Under the pieces are notes generated by a model. It was not told the DNA's origin and searched no databases. It worked only from the letters and a program-made list of their open reading frames with translations. Positions 28,408 through 39,137 of a DNA stretch of 64,000 nt are shown here, piece by piece. This DNA comes from a virus. The DNA is taken from positions 33,145 through 97,144 of IMG/VR virus record IMGVR_UViG_3300042904_000107. One strand, 5' to 3'. A program made the translations under genes and the position numbers. The stretch's first letter is position 1, and every line of letters starts with the position of its first letter.

Positions 28408-28622
28408 TATTTTTCTTTTTCCCAAGACTTTAAGCCATCTTCGAAAGTTTTAAATGGACCTAACTTCTTGAAGCCTTCAGTTCCTTTAGTCGTACCGTAC
28501 TCTGAACCCAACACAGCCATTCGAACAAAATACCAACCGGTACTATACGCAGATGCATACCAGCTACCATTTCTACGAACACCCGTTTTCAACATTTCCC
28601 ATGTTGCTTTCTTCTTTGGCAT
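28407..28622 (-). CDS. hypothetical protein
   Basis: coupled ORF. Confidence 0.45.
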   Translation of the reverse strand: MPKKKATWEMLKTGVRRNGSWYASAYSTGWYFVRMAVLGSEYGTTKGTEGFKKLGPFKTFEDGLKSWEKEK

Positions 28623-29707
28623 TATCGATCCATATGGCTTGCCTCTACGTACAACAAGCGTAATTCCTCTTTGATTTTCGCTTTGTCCGAGTCAATTTCA
28701 AGACCATCCACATACTTGTTCAGGATCGTTAGTGTATCTTCTGCCATGTCTACCACAACCTCTGTGTCGCTTTCATTAAGACTGAGATCCTCTTCAATCT
28801 TTACATCGGCGGGGTTTAGAGAGAATAGCTTTTCCAGATACTTCTCAAAATAGTATGGGTTGGTCCGGTTTGCAACAATGACTTTGACATATGTACCTGA
28901 ATACTTTTCTGTCAATCGCTTTAGTAGTGTTCCTAGTTCTTTATTCTTATCATCATAAAACAACTTATGGAACATTCTATATGGGTTCTGGATGAACTCG
29001 ACGTTATCTTTACCAGGTTCCCAGACATGAAACCCGCGTGGGTCGTTCACGTCGGCAAAAGTCATCTCATATGGTGCACCAAGATAATGGATGTTACCTT
29101 CGTCTGACTTGTGGTGATAATGTCCTGAACAGACTAGATTGAACTTATTGAATATTTCTGGATCTAGACCATGTTCGGCTTTTTGACCACGCTGCATGAT
29201 GAAGCCTTTTAGCTCCAAGTGACCCATTAAGATTTTGGCGTCAGTATTTTTGATTGCAGCGAGAGATTGCTCCATATTGGCAGTATTCATCCACGGCATC
29301 AGGAGAACTTTGGTTTCATCAAACAAAACCTCTTCAGGTTCTGTTAATACCATAATGTTTTCCATATCAGAGAATAACTCCTGCATGGAGTTTACTTCAT
29401 TGGTATTCTTAAAGAATGTGTCGTGGTTTCCCACTGTGACAATTACTAGTATACCCAACTCCTTCAATCGTGCCATAATTCTAGTGCGGACGATGTTCAG
29501 AGTGTAAAAATTAATATACTTTCGGCGGTCGGTAAAATCTCCAAGATGGATTAGAATTTTGACGTTGTTCTCAATGAGCCAAGGAAACAAAACTTGCTCA
29601 AAGAACCGCAGGAAGTAGTCATGGAATACCATGCTATCGGAGCGAGCACCTAAATGGGTATCTGTGATAATTGCCACTTTACCGTTATTAGTGGTAAAGG
29701 TCCTCAT
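28622..29707 (-). CDS. recombination nuclease gp47 (Mre11/SbcD-like)
   Basis: DTHLG, HLGD..DRRK, GNHD, GHLE, SGHYH. Confidence 0.96.
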   Translation of the reverse strand: MRTFTTNNGKVAIITDTHLGARSDSMVFHDYFLRFFEQVLFPWLIENNVKILIHLGDFTDRRKYINFYTLNIVRTRIMARLKELGILVIVTVGNHDTFFKNTNEVNSMQELFSDMENIMVLTEPEEVLFDETKVLLMPWMNTANMEQSLAAIKNTDAKILMGHLELKGFIMQRGQKAEHGLDPEIFNKFNLVCSGHYHHKSDEGNIHYLGAPYEMTFADVNDPRGFHVWEPGKDNVEFIQNPYRMFHKLFYDDKNKELGTLLKRLTEKYSGTYVKVIVANRTNPYYFEKYLEKLFSLNPADVKIEEDLSLNESDTEVVVDMAEDTLTILNKYVDGLEIDSDKAKIKEELRLLYVEASHMDR

Positions 29708-30351
29708 AGTTCGATTGGTAGGGGATCAACAGGCACCATGAATTTTTCAATGCCTGGATCTTCAATTCTTTTTCGCGTGCGTGTGGACTCTTTCTTTTTG
29801 GCTCTCTTCTTCTCTTCAAAATTCTTGACGATATCACTCTTATTTTCTCGGATGAAGTCGATATATGTGTTCTTATATCCACCATCATCTCCGGTTTGAG
29901 TGGAGAAGAATTCCATGGCGCCTTCCAAAGACTTTTGCCTGATATAGGAGTGCTCTTCCTCTTTCGCAATACGGCGGAGGAAAGCATAACCCATTAGCTG
30001 TGTGAAATATGCAAATGGATTATTGGACTTTTCAGGATCAAAGTTCTCCAAGTACTTAATGGCATTTTCAATCGCATCACCGACCATTTCCTCTCGGAAT
30101 GTGTAGTTGATGAAATTGGGTTTATAGGAAAGATGCTCCGCGATCTTTAGCAGGCATTCTCCAATAAACTCGTAATCTGAAGTACGAGGACGTTCGAACT
30201 TAGGTAGGTCTTCTTTCTTAACCCCTTTGGCAAGAAGCTTTTTACATTCTTTCAGCCATTTTGCTTTGATGGGTAATGCAACTGGAAGGTAGCATTTGAA
30301 AGCCTCTAAGAAAGCTTTGTTGTCCACGTAATGATTGGCTTTACGTGACAT
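29704..30351 (-). CDS. late-transcription sigma factor gp55
   Basis: HYVDNK.F, HLSYKPNFINYTFREEM..DAIEN, NPFAYFTQ...AFLRRI.KE. Confidence 0.96.
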   Translation of the reverse strand: MSRKANHYVDNKAFLEAFKCYLPVALPIKAKWLKECKKLLAKGVKKEDLPKFERPRTSDYEFIGECLLKIAEHLSYKPNFINYTFREEMVGDAIENAIKYLENFDPEKSNNPFAYFTQLMGYAFLRRIAKEEEHSYIRQKSLEGAMEFFSTQTGDDGGYKNTYIDFIRENKSDIVKNFEEKKRAKKKESTRTRKRIEDPGIEKFMVPVDPLPIEL

Positions 30352-30588
30352 GCTCTCCTTGAGTACTAAACACTTTTCACATGATTAAATTATAACACAT
30401 TTGGTGTACCAATGCAAGTTGGTAAATAAAGAGGAAATTTCATCATTCATTGACTTATTTTCTCTTTATTTTCAATGAGATATAAGATTTTTGGTTTACC
30501 CTATTGACAAGGGCCTTGACAAGTGTTATACTGACTGTGTAGCCCTTTGAAGTTGGGTTATTAAAGGTACTAAGACCTTAGAGGACCT

Positions 30589-30771
30589 ATGGGCGGCTTA
30601 TTAGCAATAGTGATTATCGCATACATTCTGTTCCGAACCAGAGGCCATTGGGGCGAATTGTTCGCCATTGGCGGAGCCGTCATAGTGGGATGGTGGATCA
30701 TCAAGCTCACCCTGGGTATCATTCTTGCTATCTTTGGGTTAGGGCTATTGGCCTACCTATTCACGCTTTAA
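30589..30771 (+). CDS. small membrane protein
   Basis: hydrophobic 60 aa; GAGGA SD; TTGACA-17-TATACT promoter at 30504-30532. Confidence 0.6.
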   Translation: MGGLLAIVIIAYILFRTRGHWGELFAIGGAVIVGWWIIKLTLGIILAIFGLGLLAYLFTL

Positions 30772-30818
30772 TAAGCATGGGGCGATTCAAAGGAGGGTCG
30801 CCCTATGTTCTATAATGT

Positions 30819-31286
30819 TCAATTAAGCTGGGAGCGTTTCTTAGAAGCGATTTCAGTGTCCATCCACTCAGGCCATACAAATTCCTTGGCACCAGCCGGG
30901 ATCGAAGATTCATTCTCCTCAATCATCTGCTTCACCACACTCGTTTTAAAAAATGCCATCATATCCGGTGTCACCTTGGAGTAGGAAACAATAGATGACA
31001 TTTGGACCACAGCAGTCTCTTCAGCCGAAAATGTATGCCATTTTAGCAGGACAATCATTGCCGTTCCATCTTCTTGAGGAAGACGCAAAATCTTGCAAGG
31101 TCTCCTAACAACCATAACGGTTGGATTAATGGCCTCTATGATTGTAAGAATGTCTTCTCCATTCGATAGCTTAATGGCTCGAATGTTATGGATTTCACTG
31201 TCAGAAAATAGTGGTTCCGGACCGTAGACTACTTCTGGTTCGGTCTCGACCACCGCCTGTTCAACCGTCGGTTCGTTCTGATCCAT
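30819..31286 (-). CDS. conserved T4-like hypothetical protein
   Basis: IKLSNGEDI motif; position downstream of uvsW. Confidence 0.65.
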   Translation of the reverse strand: MDQNEPTVEQAVVETEPEVVYGPEPLFSDSEIHNIRAIKLSNGEDILTIIEAINPTVMVVRRPCKILRLPQEDGTAMIVLLKWHTFSAEETAVVQMSSIVSYSKVTPDMMAFFKTSVVKQMIEENESSIPAGAKEFVWPEWMDTEIASKKRSQLN

Positions 31287-31518
31287 TCTCTAATCGTTCC
31301 CTTTTATAACAGCGTCTACAATATCGGAAATTAGGTTCGGTTACCCATTCGTGGGGTTGTGGGTCTACATGAAAATCTGGATGCCAAGACAACGTTGAGC
31401 CGCAATCTTCACAAACATCACAAGATTGTGGAGACATACCGCTTTCATAGGCCTCCGATTTACCGCATTTACAACGATGATAGATCATTTCGGTAGTATT
31501 GTTCCGCAATGTGGACAA
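31261..31518 (-). CDS. Cys-rich hypothetical protein
   Basis: several CxxC/CxC motifs. Confidence 0.5.
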   Translation of the reverse strand: MSTLRNNTTEMIYHRCKCGKSEAYESGMSPQSCDVCEDCGSTLSWHPDFHVDPQPHEWVTEPNFRYCRRCYKRERLENGSERTDG

Positions 31519-31727
31519 GTATTGACTTTATACCAATCATCTTCTTCGTAAGAGTCACATTGTTCCGGATCAGGGTCGCCCGTGACTGAAATTCCTAGAC
31601 GTAAAGGATTGGGCCCTACATTCGGATGACTGCATGTATGGTATACTGTTACACCTACACATGTGTTTAGAGGATAGGTTTCTTTACCAAAGTATTTGCA
31701 GCCAGTACATTGATTGTGGTCGCTCAT
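31485..31727 (-). CDS. Cys-rich hypothetical protein
   Basis: CTGC, CPHCG; coupled to uvsW. Confidence 0.5.
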   Translation of the reverse strand: MSDHNQCTGCKYFGKETYPLNTCVGVTVYHTCSHPNVGPNPLRLGISVTGDPDPEQCDSYEEDDWYKVNTCPHCGTILPK

Positions 31728-33247
31728 ATTTTTAATTGGACTTTGAAAATCTTGTAATCGAACTTCTCCGAATTGTAGATCTCCACTCTACCAATGAAAT
31801 GTTTCAATGTGTGGTTTCTGTGGCTCTTATATTGGAGAACATCTGATATGTCATAAAGATTTAGTAGGTCTTTTAATTCACTTTTTCGCAACCCTCTACC
31901 AAGCGATTGAAGGATTCTAATTCGGGATTTTGATGGAGAAGCAAAAATAATATTAGGGAGATTGCGAATATTAATACCTGTAGAGAATGTACCATAAGAC
32001 GCAACAATAATGGCATCTTTTTCGGTTTCAGCAATCTTTCTAATGTGTTCTCTATCCTCTGTAGCTGTTTTTCCAGAGACAAAAAACACTTTGCGCCCTG
32101 GCGCCGCATGGTTTTTAATATCTTCATAAAGTGGTTCACCGTGACGTTTGACTAGCTGAAATAGTATCAGCGTGTTCCCTTTTAATGAAAGTGCAAGGTT
32201 TCTAATGAATCGGTTGCGTTTTTCACAGGATACCAAGAAGTCGATTTCGTCTTGGTATGTGGCACCTTTCATTTTCTTACAGATTTCTTCAGGATAGTGC
32301 AGCATGAGGCAATTAATCTTCATGTCTGCCACGGCGCCGTCGTCCATCAACTTCTTCGTTGTTGTGACAGTGTAGACTTTACCAAAAAGGCCTTCCAAGA
32401 CAAGCTTGTGGGTTTTCGTGCCATCTAGTGTACCAGTTGTCCCGAAACGATAGGGAGCACCGGTGCACTTCTTCATGATAGAGGTTAACGAATTGGCTTT
32501 GAAAGAATGAGCTTCATCACCAACTACCATATCAAACTGGTCAAAATAGTGCTGTCCTAGTTTGTAAATGCTCTGCCAAGTGGAAATAATGATCTGTTTC
32601 TCTGAACCCTTGTCTTGTCCTTCGTATACCATGTGGGCTTCATCGCGCACATCCCATTTGTCAGCATATGAATATTCACCAAAATCAGTGTACATCTGTG
32701 CTACCAGAGAGGTTGTAGGAACAACAATAAGGATTTTCTTGTCCGTAAATTGCTGGTAGTATCTTAGTAACAGGTAGATTATGAGTGACTTACCACTTGC
32801 CGTAGGAGAGAGCAGCATACATCTCTTAGATTGGACTGCATGCCGGAATGCCGCAATCTGGTAGTCATGCGGTGTAATTGGTTTGAATTCTCCTTCATGT
32901 TTTGCGTGGAGATTGAGGGACGCTGCAAAGTCCTGAGCTTCAATGACCGAAAACTCCTCTTCAACGTCGAGGGGTTGGTCAAGCCATTCAATGTCGTACT
33001 CATTTAATTTGGCGTACTCCTTGATATGTGGTAGAAGTCCAGCGTATATTTCATTCGTACGGCGGTCGAAAAGACGGATTTTACCATCCCACAGCTTCAT
33101 TCGGTACTTCGGATTGAACTTGAACCCAGGCACGTAGAAGCTGAAGAAATCCACTAAGGATGAGATGATAGAGTCCACGGCATAAACATTCAGGAATGTT
33201 TCATTCTTTTTGCCAATGTAAAGCGTCTTTTCTTCAAGCCGTGCCAT
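31724..33247 (-). CDS. uvsW: SF2 helicase UvsW
   Basis: WDGKIRLF, SPTASGKS, GDEAH, GTTGT, QSLGRGLR. Confidence 0.96.
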   Translation of the reverse strand: MARLEEKTLYIGKKNETFLNVYAVDSIISSLVDFFSFYVPGFKFNPKYRMKLWDGKIRLFDRRTNEIYAGLLPHIKEYAKLNEYDIEWLDQPLDVEEEFSVIEAQDFAASLNLHAKHEGEFKPITPHDYQIAAFRHAVQSKRCMLLSPTASGKSLIIYLLLRYYQQFTDKKILIVVPTTSLVAQMYTDFGEYSYADKWDVRDEAHMVYEGQDKGSEKQIIISTWQSIYKLGQHYFDQFDMVVGDEAHSFKANSLTSIMKKCTGAPYRFGTTGTLDGTKTHKLVLEGLFGKVYTVTTTKKLMDDGAVADMKINCLMLHYPEEICKKMKGATYQDEIDFLVSCEKRNRFIRNLALSLKGNTLILFQLVKRHGEPLYEDIKNHAAPGRKVFFVSGKTATEDREHIRKIAETEKDAIIVASYGTFSTGINIRNLPNIIFASPSKSRIRILQSLGRGLRKSELKDLLNLYDISDVLQYKSHRNHTLKHFIGRVEIYNSEKFDYKIFKVQLKI

Positions 33248-33249
33248 TA

Positions 33250-33690
33250 TTAGTCGTCCTTAGGAGCACCACCATTTACGAATTTGTAGTATTCGATGGC
33301 GTTGCGTATTAACCACGTGCGTTGTGCCACTTGTTCCAATGTTCGCTTAAGGAAGTCAATAATCTCTTCCTTAGATTCGATTTTGGCACGTAATTCCTGT
33401 AAATCAGGATCGGCAGCTAAGTACAACTTAACATCCGCATCCATGATTTTCTTTAATAGTGGTTTCTTTTCGTATACTTCTGGATCCGCTTTCTTGCGGT
33501 AATATTCCCACTGTTGCAAGTACAGTACATCCCACTCGCGCTCTAACCTCTTTAAGGCGTCGCGTTCTCTGCGGAGCATACAACTGTAGGTGTGGTGTAT
33601 TTCTGGAGTGATAACTGCATCATGATTTAATTGGTCGCCATTGAGTTTCAGGTCACGTTTTACCTGATCTTGCAATTCTGTTAAAGTCAC
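33250..33690 (-). CDS. uvsY: recombination mediator UvsY
   Basis: size, YL.AD, R.W.I.NAIE, synteny. Confidence 0.85.
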   Translation of the reverse strand: MTLTELQDQVKRDLKLNGDQLNHDAVITPEIHHTYSCMLRRERDALKRLEREWDVLYLQQWEYYRKKADPEVYEKKPLLKKIMDADVKLYLAADPDLQELRAKIESKEEIIDFLKRTLEQVAQRTWLIRNAIEYYKFVNGGAPKDD

Positions 33691-33698
33691 ACCATTAC

Positions 33699-34280
33699 TT
33701 ATGGTGTTTGTTCTTTCGAGTATTCCGGCTCATCAACACTCATCAAATCGTACCACGTGTATGCAAATTGTGCGATTGCTACACGTTGGTCGGGATTGTC
33801 TGTATTATTGGTGAATCGGATTTCGCTGAGTGAAATTGGGAACGCATCCCGGAAGAAACAGACAATATTTGGAATAGATTCATTGGTTAAAATCACAAGC
33901 ACGGCATCTGACACGAGGCCACGATTTGGGTCGGAACCAATACCGTTCGCTTTCAAATCACTGTAACCACTGCTATTAACTGGCATAGCCAATTTTCGCA
34001 TCCAATTCACAAGTTCAACGTAGTTGTTTAAATCCTCATCCACAATGAACTCTATTTCCTGAGGTTGATATTCGATATTCAAACCACTGTGAGGAATTGG
34101 ATTCAGATTGGTTTTCTGCCAAGCTACGGGTAATGATGTGGCAGGTATGTTAGCTGAACGACACTTGAAAGACACTTCCGGAAGTTTACGGATTGCAAAG
34201 GTAAATTTGTTCTCTAATAGCTCGTTGACGTTTTTCGGCTGTCTATTATAGACACCAATGTCCTTATAGTCTTCGCTCAT
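33699..34280 (-). CDS. tail tube terminator gp3
   Basis: LP.V.F.C..ANIP, F.VDEDL.NY.E...WM, F.DAFP.SLS. Confidence 0.85.
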   Translation of the reverse strand: MSEDYKDIGVYNRQPKNVNELLENKFTFAIRKLPEVSFKCRSANIPATSLPVAWQKTNLNPIPHSGLNIEYQPQEIEFIVDEDLNNYVELVNWMRKLAMPVNSSGYSDLKANGIGSDPNRGLVSDAVLVILTNESIPNIVCFFRDAFPISLSEIRFTNNTDNPDQRVAIAQFAYTWYDLMSVDEPEYSKEQTP

Positions 34281-34281
34281 C

Positions 34282-34479
34282 TTACATCCTTATAGAAGTT
34301 TTCTTTGCGCCACCTTGTGCCTTCACCCAAGCACCTAGGATAGGCCCCGGAAGTCCGTCTTCAATAATCGCTACAAATACCGCATTATGGTGATTGCAGA
34401 GATTTGCCCACCGTTCACCTGTTTTAGAAAACTGAGGGTGTTTGGCGATAGCATCACATTCTACCCAAGTACAATTCAT
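34282..34479 (-). CDS. small hypothetical protein
   Basis: ORF behind CATAAATA. Confidence 0.45.
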   Translation of the reverse strand: MNCTWVECDAIAKHPQFSKTGERWANLCNHHNAVFVAIIEDGLPGPILGAWVKAQGGAKKTSIRM

Positions 34480-34527
34480 CGGAAGTATTTATGGTCAAAT
34501 AAGGGGTGGCTTAACCACCCCAATTGG

Positions 34528-37077
34528 TTATTTAAATTCTATTCCGGAAACACCCAAACCACTAAATGCAGAAGGTTTACCGATATTTAAAGTAAATTCC
34601 TTAGTATCAGAGGATCCAACGGAATTAGTAACTTGTACCGTAAAAATAAACTGACCACTGGTGGTAGGAGTTCCAGATAAAACTCCCGGTGACGATAGTG
34701 TAATACCCGTGGGTAAAGTTCCGACTGTTACAGTCCACGTAAGCGTCCCGGTCCCAGAGGCAAGCAATATTTTGTTGTATGGAAGCCCCGTCGTACCTGG
34801 ATGCACCGTGGTAGTCGTAATGCTTGGGGGTTCGACCGGTTCGGAGTCATCATACGGAGTAAAGGCGTAGACTAAATCACCGGTTGAGTTTTGTGCTGAG
34901 TATACAGCGCCGGCATGGGCATGAAGCCAGTCCCACGCTTCCTGACCGATCAAATCACCGTCATTTATTCCAGGTAAAAATACAGCACCAGCAATAGCTC
35001 TCGCCACATACCCAACAGGAGTGGTACTGGTAAGTGCGGTTTTATCTGAATCTGATATGAGCGATTTCATCTCACTCCATGTCTGGATAAACGGATTACC
35101 CGTTGCGGTAGTCTTTACCGCAGTATGAAACACGTCAACCAGATACGGGTTATAGTCCGGATCGCGTAATTGGTGCAATAGGTTCTTGATTACGGTCGTA
35201 CGCAATGGTGTAATGCTAGTGAACCCTAGCTTCTCCAACCACCCAAATACGAAGTGGTTATAATTCCACATCCAAGGAGAGCCTACCGTGTAAGCTCCAG
35301 GCTCTAGACCAGCCAAAGATGCGATTACACCGTTGTCTAGAAACTGCAAAGGGTTGGTGGCGTTTGCGCCAATGTAGTACTGCCCCCAACAGTGCTTAGA
35401 GGTTTCTGTGGCCGCGTTGAATGGAGATGACGTACAAGGTTCATAGAAGTTACCATCGAGAATCTTGTGCCGGCCTTCCCGAATCGCGATGTTATTGGCA
35501 AGCTTCTGACCGTAGTAATATTTTTCTGGGTCTGTCTCCGGAGAAACCAGCGATGCCATACCAATTGCCAGCATAGACCATGCCTCACCACGGATCTCTT
35601 CTCCAGATGGCATAAAGCCCCAATCTAAATGCCGCGCGTTGGTGATACCGGAATTCGTCGGAGGTTGCCCTCTAGTAAGACACCACGAAGCCCAGAAATA
35701 CATCTCTTCCAACCAATAGTAATCACCACTCGTGAGGTAGGCAATGTACGTCATCGGGTATAGATGCGCTGTATCTGGATTCCATCCACCCATGGTGCGC
35801 GTGCCAACTGGTGTAACTTTGTCAGCCGCCAACACTGCCCCTTGGTTACGGTTAATTTCCCGTACGGTGGGCCGCGCGTCAATAGAGATAGGTCGTCCGA
35901 AGGCATCGGCGGTATGTAAGCCAGCAGTTACACACTGTTCCGACAATGCACAGAAGGTTCTCCCTGTGAGGCTCTCTCGGTAGTGGATAGGCACATAACC
36001 GCTTACATCTGCGTTCTTACGCCGTAAATCCTCCATACGCGGATCGAACGTGTACAGGTAGCCAGCATCCCAACGCTGTATAGGCGCTTCGGGGTTCATG
36101 CCAGCGAAGCCTTTGAACCAGTCCCCACCATACGACGGGTCAGTTCCCATAATGTCCCCAAGGAAATCATCATGGTTGGCGAAGGAGTTAAGACTAGCGA
36201 GGATATGGGTCTCAGTGAATGTACGTGATGTGTCAAATGGTGGAACCGAGCCGGTCTTTATCATGTAAGGTAAGTTGTAATCGATCTTTACCTCTCCTGG
36301 TTCGGTGCCGTCCCAAAATGTTTTACGCCATCTAGCAAGAGCATGATGGGTAAACGTACTCTTGGTATATACAGGAGAACCAGCCGATGTGTTCAAAGCC
36401 ACGGAATAAGACATATTCTGAAGCTTAGTTGTCCAGCAGTTCTCCAGAATATAATCCATCTTTACTCCTGGCCATCCTGCGTGGAAGGTTGCGATAAACA
36501 TCGGATGAAGAGTCTCATATGCATCCCATCCAAGATCATAGGCTAATGACGATGTACGATCCTCGATAATCACTTGATTTAGGTAAGGACCTTGAATCCA
36601 ATATCGCCACGCACCGGCTGCCATCATCGTACGGGCATCAGCCGTTAGTGTTGTACCGTTAGTAATATTGATACTTGCTTCCCAGGTACCCCCATTATGA
36701 TCCAACATCTGAGTTTGTGTCAAAGATGCCAAATTACACAGAGTTGTATTTGCCAAGTGGCATGGACTGGTATCACTAACGAACGAAACAATATTTGTGG
36801 TGTTTGCTAAAAGAGTGGCCGGAAAACTGATAATTGTATGGGCTGCTGAACCGTCTGGCCACGAAGTTTTGCGGTTTATCTGATAGATTGAGGGTGCAGC
36901 CCCTTGAAAGATCGGCTTGGGAAACAACATAATCTCTCCTTGTTTGAAAACGCGAGAGATTATTATAGGCCTGTCAACCTGATCCGATCCTGTGGTCTCG
37001 GTGATATGCACTTCGCTGGTAACGGCGCCAAATGACGCCGTTGCCAGTAGTAGAATTAGTAACAAAAGTCGTTTCAT
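34528..37077 (-). CDS. 849-aa protein with Sec signal peptide and C-terminal Ig-like domain
   Basis: MKRLLLLILLLATASFG-A; C-terminal GTLPTGITLS..G.LSGTPT.SG.F.FTV. Confidence 0.75.
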   Translation of the reverse strand: MKRLLLLILLLATASFGAVTSEVHITETTGSDQVDRPIIISRVFKQGEIMLFPKPIFQGAAPSIYQINRKTSWPDGSAAHTIISFPATLLANTTNIVSFVSDTSPCHLANTTLCNLASLTQTQMLDHNGGTWEASINITNGTTLTADARTMMAAGAWRYWIQGPYLNQVIIEDRTSSLAYDLGWDAYETLHPMFIATFHAGWPGVKMDYILENCWTTKLQNMSYSVALNTSAGSPVYTKSTFTHHALARWRKTFWDGTEPGEVKIDYNLPYMIKTGSVPPFDTSRTFTETHILASLNSFANHDDFLGDIMGTDPSYGGDWFKGFAGMNPEAPIQRWDAGYLYTFDPRMEDLRRKNADVSGYVPIHYRESLTGRTFCALSEQCVTAGLHTADAFGRPISIDARPTVREINRNQGAVLAADKVTPVGTRTMGGWNPDTAHLYPMTYIAYLTSGDYYWLEEMYFWASWCLTRGQPPTNSGITNARHLDWGFMPSGEEIRGEAWSMLAIGMASLVSPETDPEKYYYGQKLANNIAIREGRHKILDGNFYEPCTSSPFNAATETSKHCWGQYYIGANATNPLQFLDNGVIASLAGLEPGAYTVGSPWMWNYNHFVFGWLEKLGFTSITPLRTTVIKNLLHQLRDPDYNPYLVDVFHTAVKTTATGNPFIQTWSEMKSLISDSDKTALTSTTPVGYVARAIAGAVFLPGINDGDLIGQEAWDWLHAHAGAVYSAQNSTGDLVYAFTPYDDSEPVEPPSITTTTVHPGTTGLPYNKILLASGTGTLTWTVTVGTLPTGITLSSPGVLSGTPTTSGQFIFTVQVTNSVGSSDTKEFTLNIGKPSAFSGLGVSGIEFK

Positions 37078-37968
37078 TTATTGACCTGCTCCCCATCCAT
37101 TGATAGACCCGCCTGTACGAACACCAATTCCTGCAGATCCGGTAGCCGTAACGTCACTGTTTGTTGCGCTAATTTTAACGTCACCGTTCACCGATAATTG
37201 AATACTGCTTCCGACACATGACAGGCGTATCACGTCACCGGCACTCAGAGTCCAAGTAAAGGTGCCGATAGTCGAGGCTCCACCGGTAAGATATCGGCGA
37301 ATCCACAACTGAGTGGCTGTATGGTTGTATCCTCCAAAATAACCATTTACGAGACTGGTTGTACCGGTTCCCCTACAGATTACTTGTACAGACTTATCTG
37401 TCGTGGTTGTAGTTAATTCCACATAGTAATCCGCGCTTGGTGGAGCGTAACTGGAGAAATACACAGCCCCTGTTGTTCCCAGTTCGTTGCTTGCTACGGC
37501 GTTACCCGAACCGTCTAGAGCGATAACCGAGTTCGCTCCCTTGGCAGTCCATGTATGTCCCGAATCGCTGGTGTGTGACGTTAGATTCGTACCGTTTGAT
37601 CCGGTAAATGTATCAGTCGGAGGCAACACCACAGTATATGCGGCACTACCTACAGCGGAATCGGGGTATCCAGGACAACCTATTACTTTAGCCTTAATTG
37701 TTCTCGATGAGGTGACATTGTTTACAGTACTGTTTGTGTCACCGGCATCTGGTGTCGACCCGTCAATCGTGTAGTAGATATATGGATCGCAACCAGATGT
37801 AGCTGTTGAAATGGTTACATTTGTACCGGAAGATACTGTACCGGCGACCGGTGAAAATGTTGGGGTTGACGCCGGTCCGGTGGCTACATTAGTTGTAAAA
37901 AATATTGACGGTGGATTCTGTCCGAAAGCCAAAACCGCAAATATAAAACCTAGTAAAAGGAGTCTCAT
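37078..37968 (-). CDS. signal-peptide protein with FN3-associated/chitobiase C-terminal-like domain
   Basis: MRLLLLGFIFAVLAFG-Q; TPTFSP..GT, IYYTIDGSTP. Confidence 0.75.
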   Translation of the reverse strand: MRLLLLGFIFAVLAFGQNPPSIFFTTNVATGPASTPTFSPVAGTVSSGTNVTISTATSGCDPYIYYTIDGSTPDAGDTNSTVNNVTSSRTIKAKVIGCPGYPDSAVGSAAYTVVLPPTDTFTGSNGTNLTSHTSDSGHTWTAKGANSVIALDGSGNAVASNELGTTGAVYFSSYAPPSADYYVELTTTTTDKSVQVICRGTGTTSLVNGYFGGYNHTATQLWIRRYLTGGASTIGTFTWTLSAGDVIRLSCVGSSIQLSVNGDVKISATNSDVTATGSAGIGVRTGGSINGWGAGQ

Positions 37969-39137
37969 TAGTCAAAATTTCCTCTATAATTCGAAAGGCA
38001 ATACGTCCCCTCATAAAGAATAGCGAGGACATCAACAGATCCGGCAGCCGCCGTGGGGGTCACTGCTCCCGCTCCACCACCACCGACCTTAAAATCGCTG
38101 TTTTGGGTGCAGGCATTAGAAGAAGACGTAGATCCTGTTCCTAATGTTAGTGTGTGCGATCCGCCCGCGCCCTGTGTAACAATCACCGCGTAAAATCCGC
38201 CGGATGACATATTACTAATTGTGAGAACACAACTACCGGTTAAAGTGAGACGACCGATATATTTTCCGGAAGTAATTGCCCAATTTTGCGTTCCATTGCA
38301 ATTTGTGGAAATAGTTTCAGGAGATGAAACGGGCGCCCCGGCCGGTCCGGTAGGACCCGTAGAGTTCAGCGAAACATATCCAGTAGGTGTGTACTTAACG
38401 TAATGTTCATTGGAACCACCACCAACTGTGCTGTCCGCTGCGTCGGTACCATCATTGATTTGAAGTACCTGACCTTGCACCGGAGTACAATAATCAACCG
38501 GCCACGTAGGGTTTAACGCCAGGAGCGCAGCACAACCTGCATTACCAGGAAGTTCATTGATAGTGGTACTATTGACAGTGATTTTCGTTGGTTGTCCGAC
38601 GCCAATGGCAACTTCTCCAAGAACATTGAGTCCATTGTTGTTGTTAGAGCTAACCCCTGGGAAACTATCGTTAGTTTGGGTAACCCAATCATCCGCGACG
38701 GAGCATCCATCACCATTAGCGCAAATATATGTCTGATTGGAAGAAGAAATACAAAATGCTCGATGTGGTCCGGTGGTGTCACCAGGTGAACCCACACACG
38801 GGAATGTGGGACCCTTAAAACCATTTGTTGGGTCAAATTCCATATTACCGATGTTTACTTTACCATCAGCACCAGCATTGATTCGGAGACCGTACACGTT
38901 GGTATCCAAACAGTCATACCATTGATTGGTATCCGTTTTTAAAAACGCTATACCTTTCGAAGAATCACAGGTTGACGGGATAGTTTCTCCCGACGTGAAC
39001 TTTACGGTAGAATTGAAATTTTGATTTATTTTGCTCGGAAGGTCCTTAATCTTTACATTATCTGGAATTGTAACAACTTGACCATATAATGAAAAACAAA
39101 GGATAAGAATAAGAGAAATTTTAGAAAGCATCTGCAC
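37968..39137 (-). CDS. signal-peptide protein, Cys/Gly/Thr-rich, fibre-like C-terminus
   Basis: MLSKISLILILCFSLYG-Q; VIVTQG.GGSHTL. Confidence 0.7.
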   Translation of the reverse strand: MQMLSKISLILILCFSLYGQVVTIPDNVKIKDLPSKINQNFNSTVKFTSGETIPSTCDSSKGIAFLKTDTNQWYDCLDTNVYGLRINAGADGKVNIGNMEFDPTNGFKGPTFPCVGSPGDTTGPHRAFCISSSNQTYICANGDGCSVADDWVTQTNDSFPGVSSNNNNGLNVLGEVAIGVGQPTKITVNSTTINELPGNAGCAALLALNPTWPVDYCTPVQGQVLQINDGTDAADSTVGGGSNEHYVKYTPTGYVSLNSTGPTGPAGAPVSSPETISTNCNGTQNWAITSGKYIGRLTLTGSCVLTISNMSSGGFYAVIVTQGAGGSHTLTLGTGSTSSSNACTQNSDFKVGGGGAGAVTPTAAAGSVDVLAILYEGTYCLSNYRGNFD

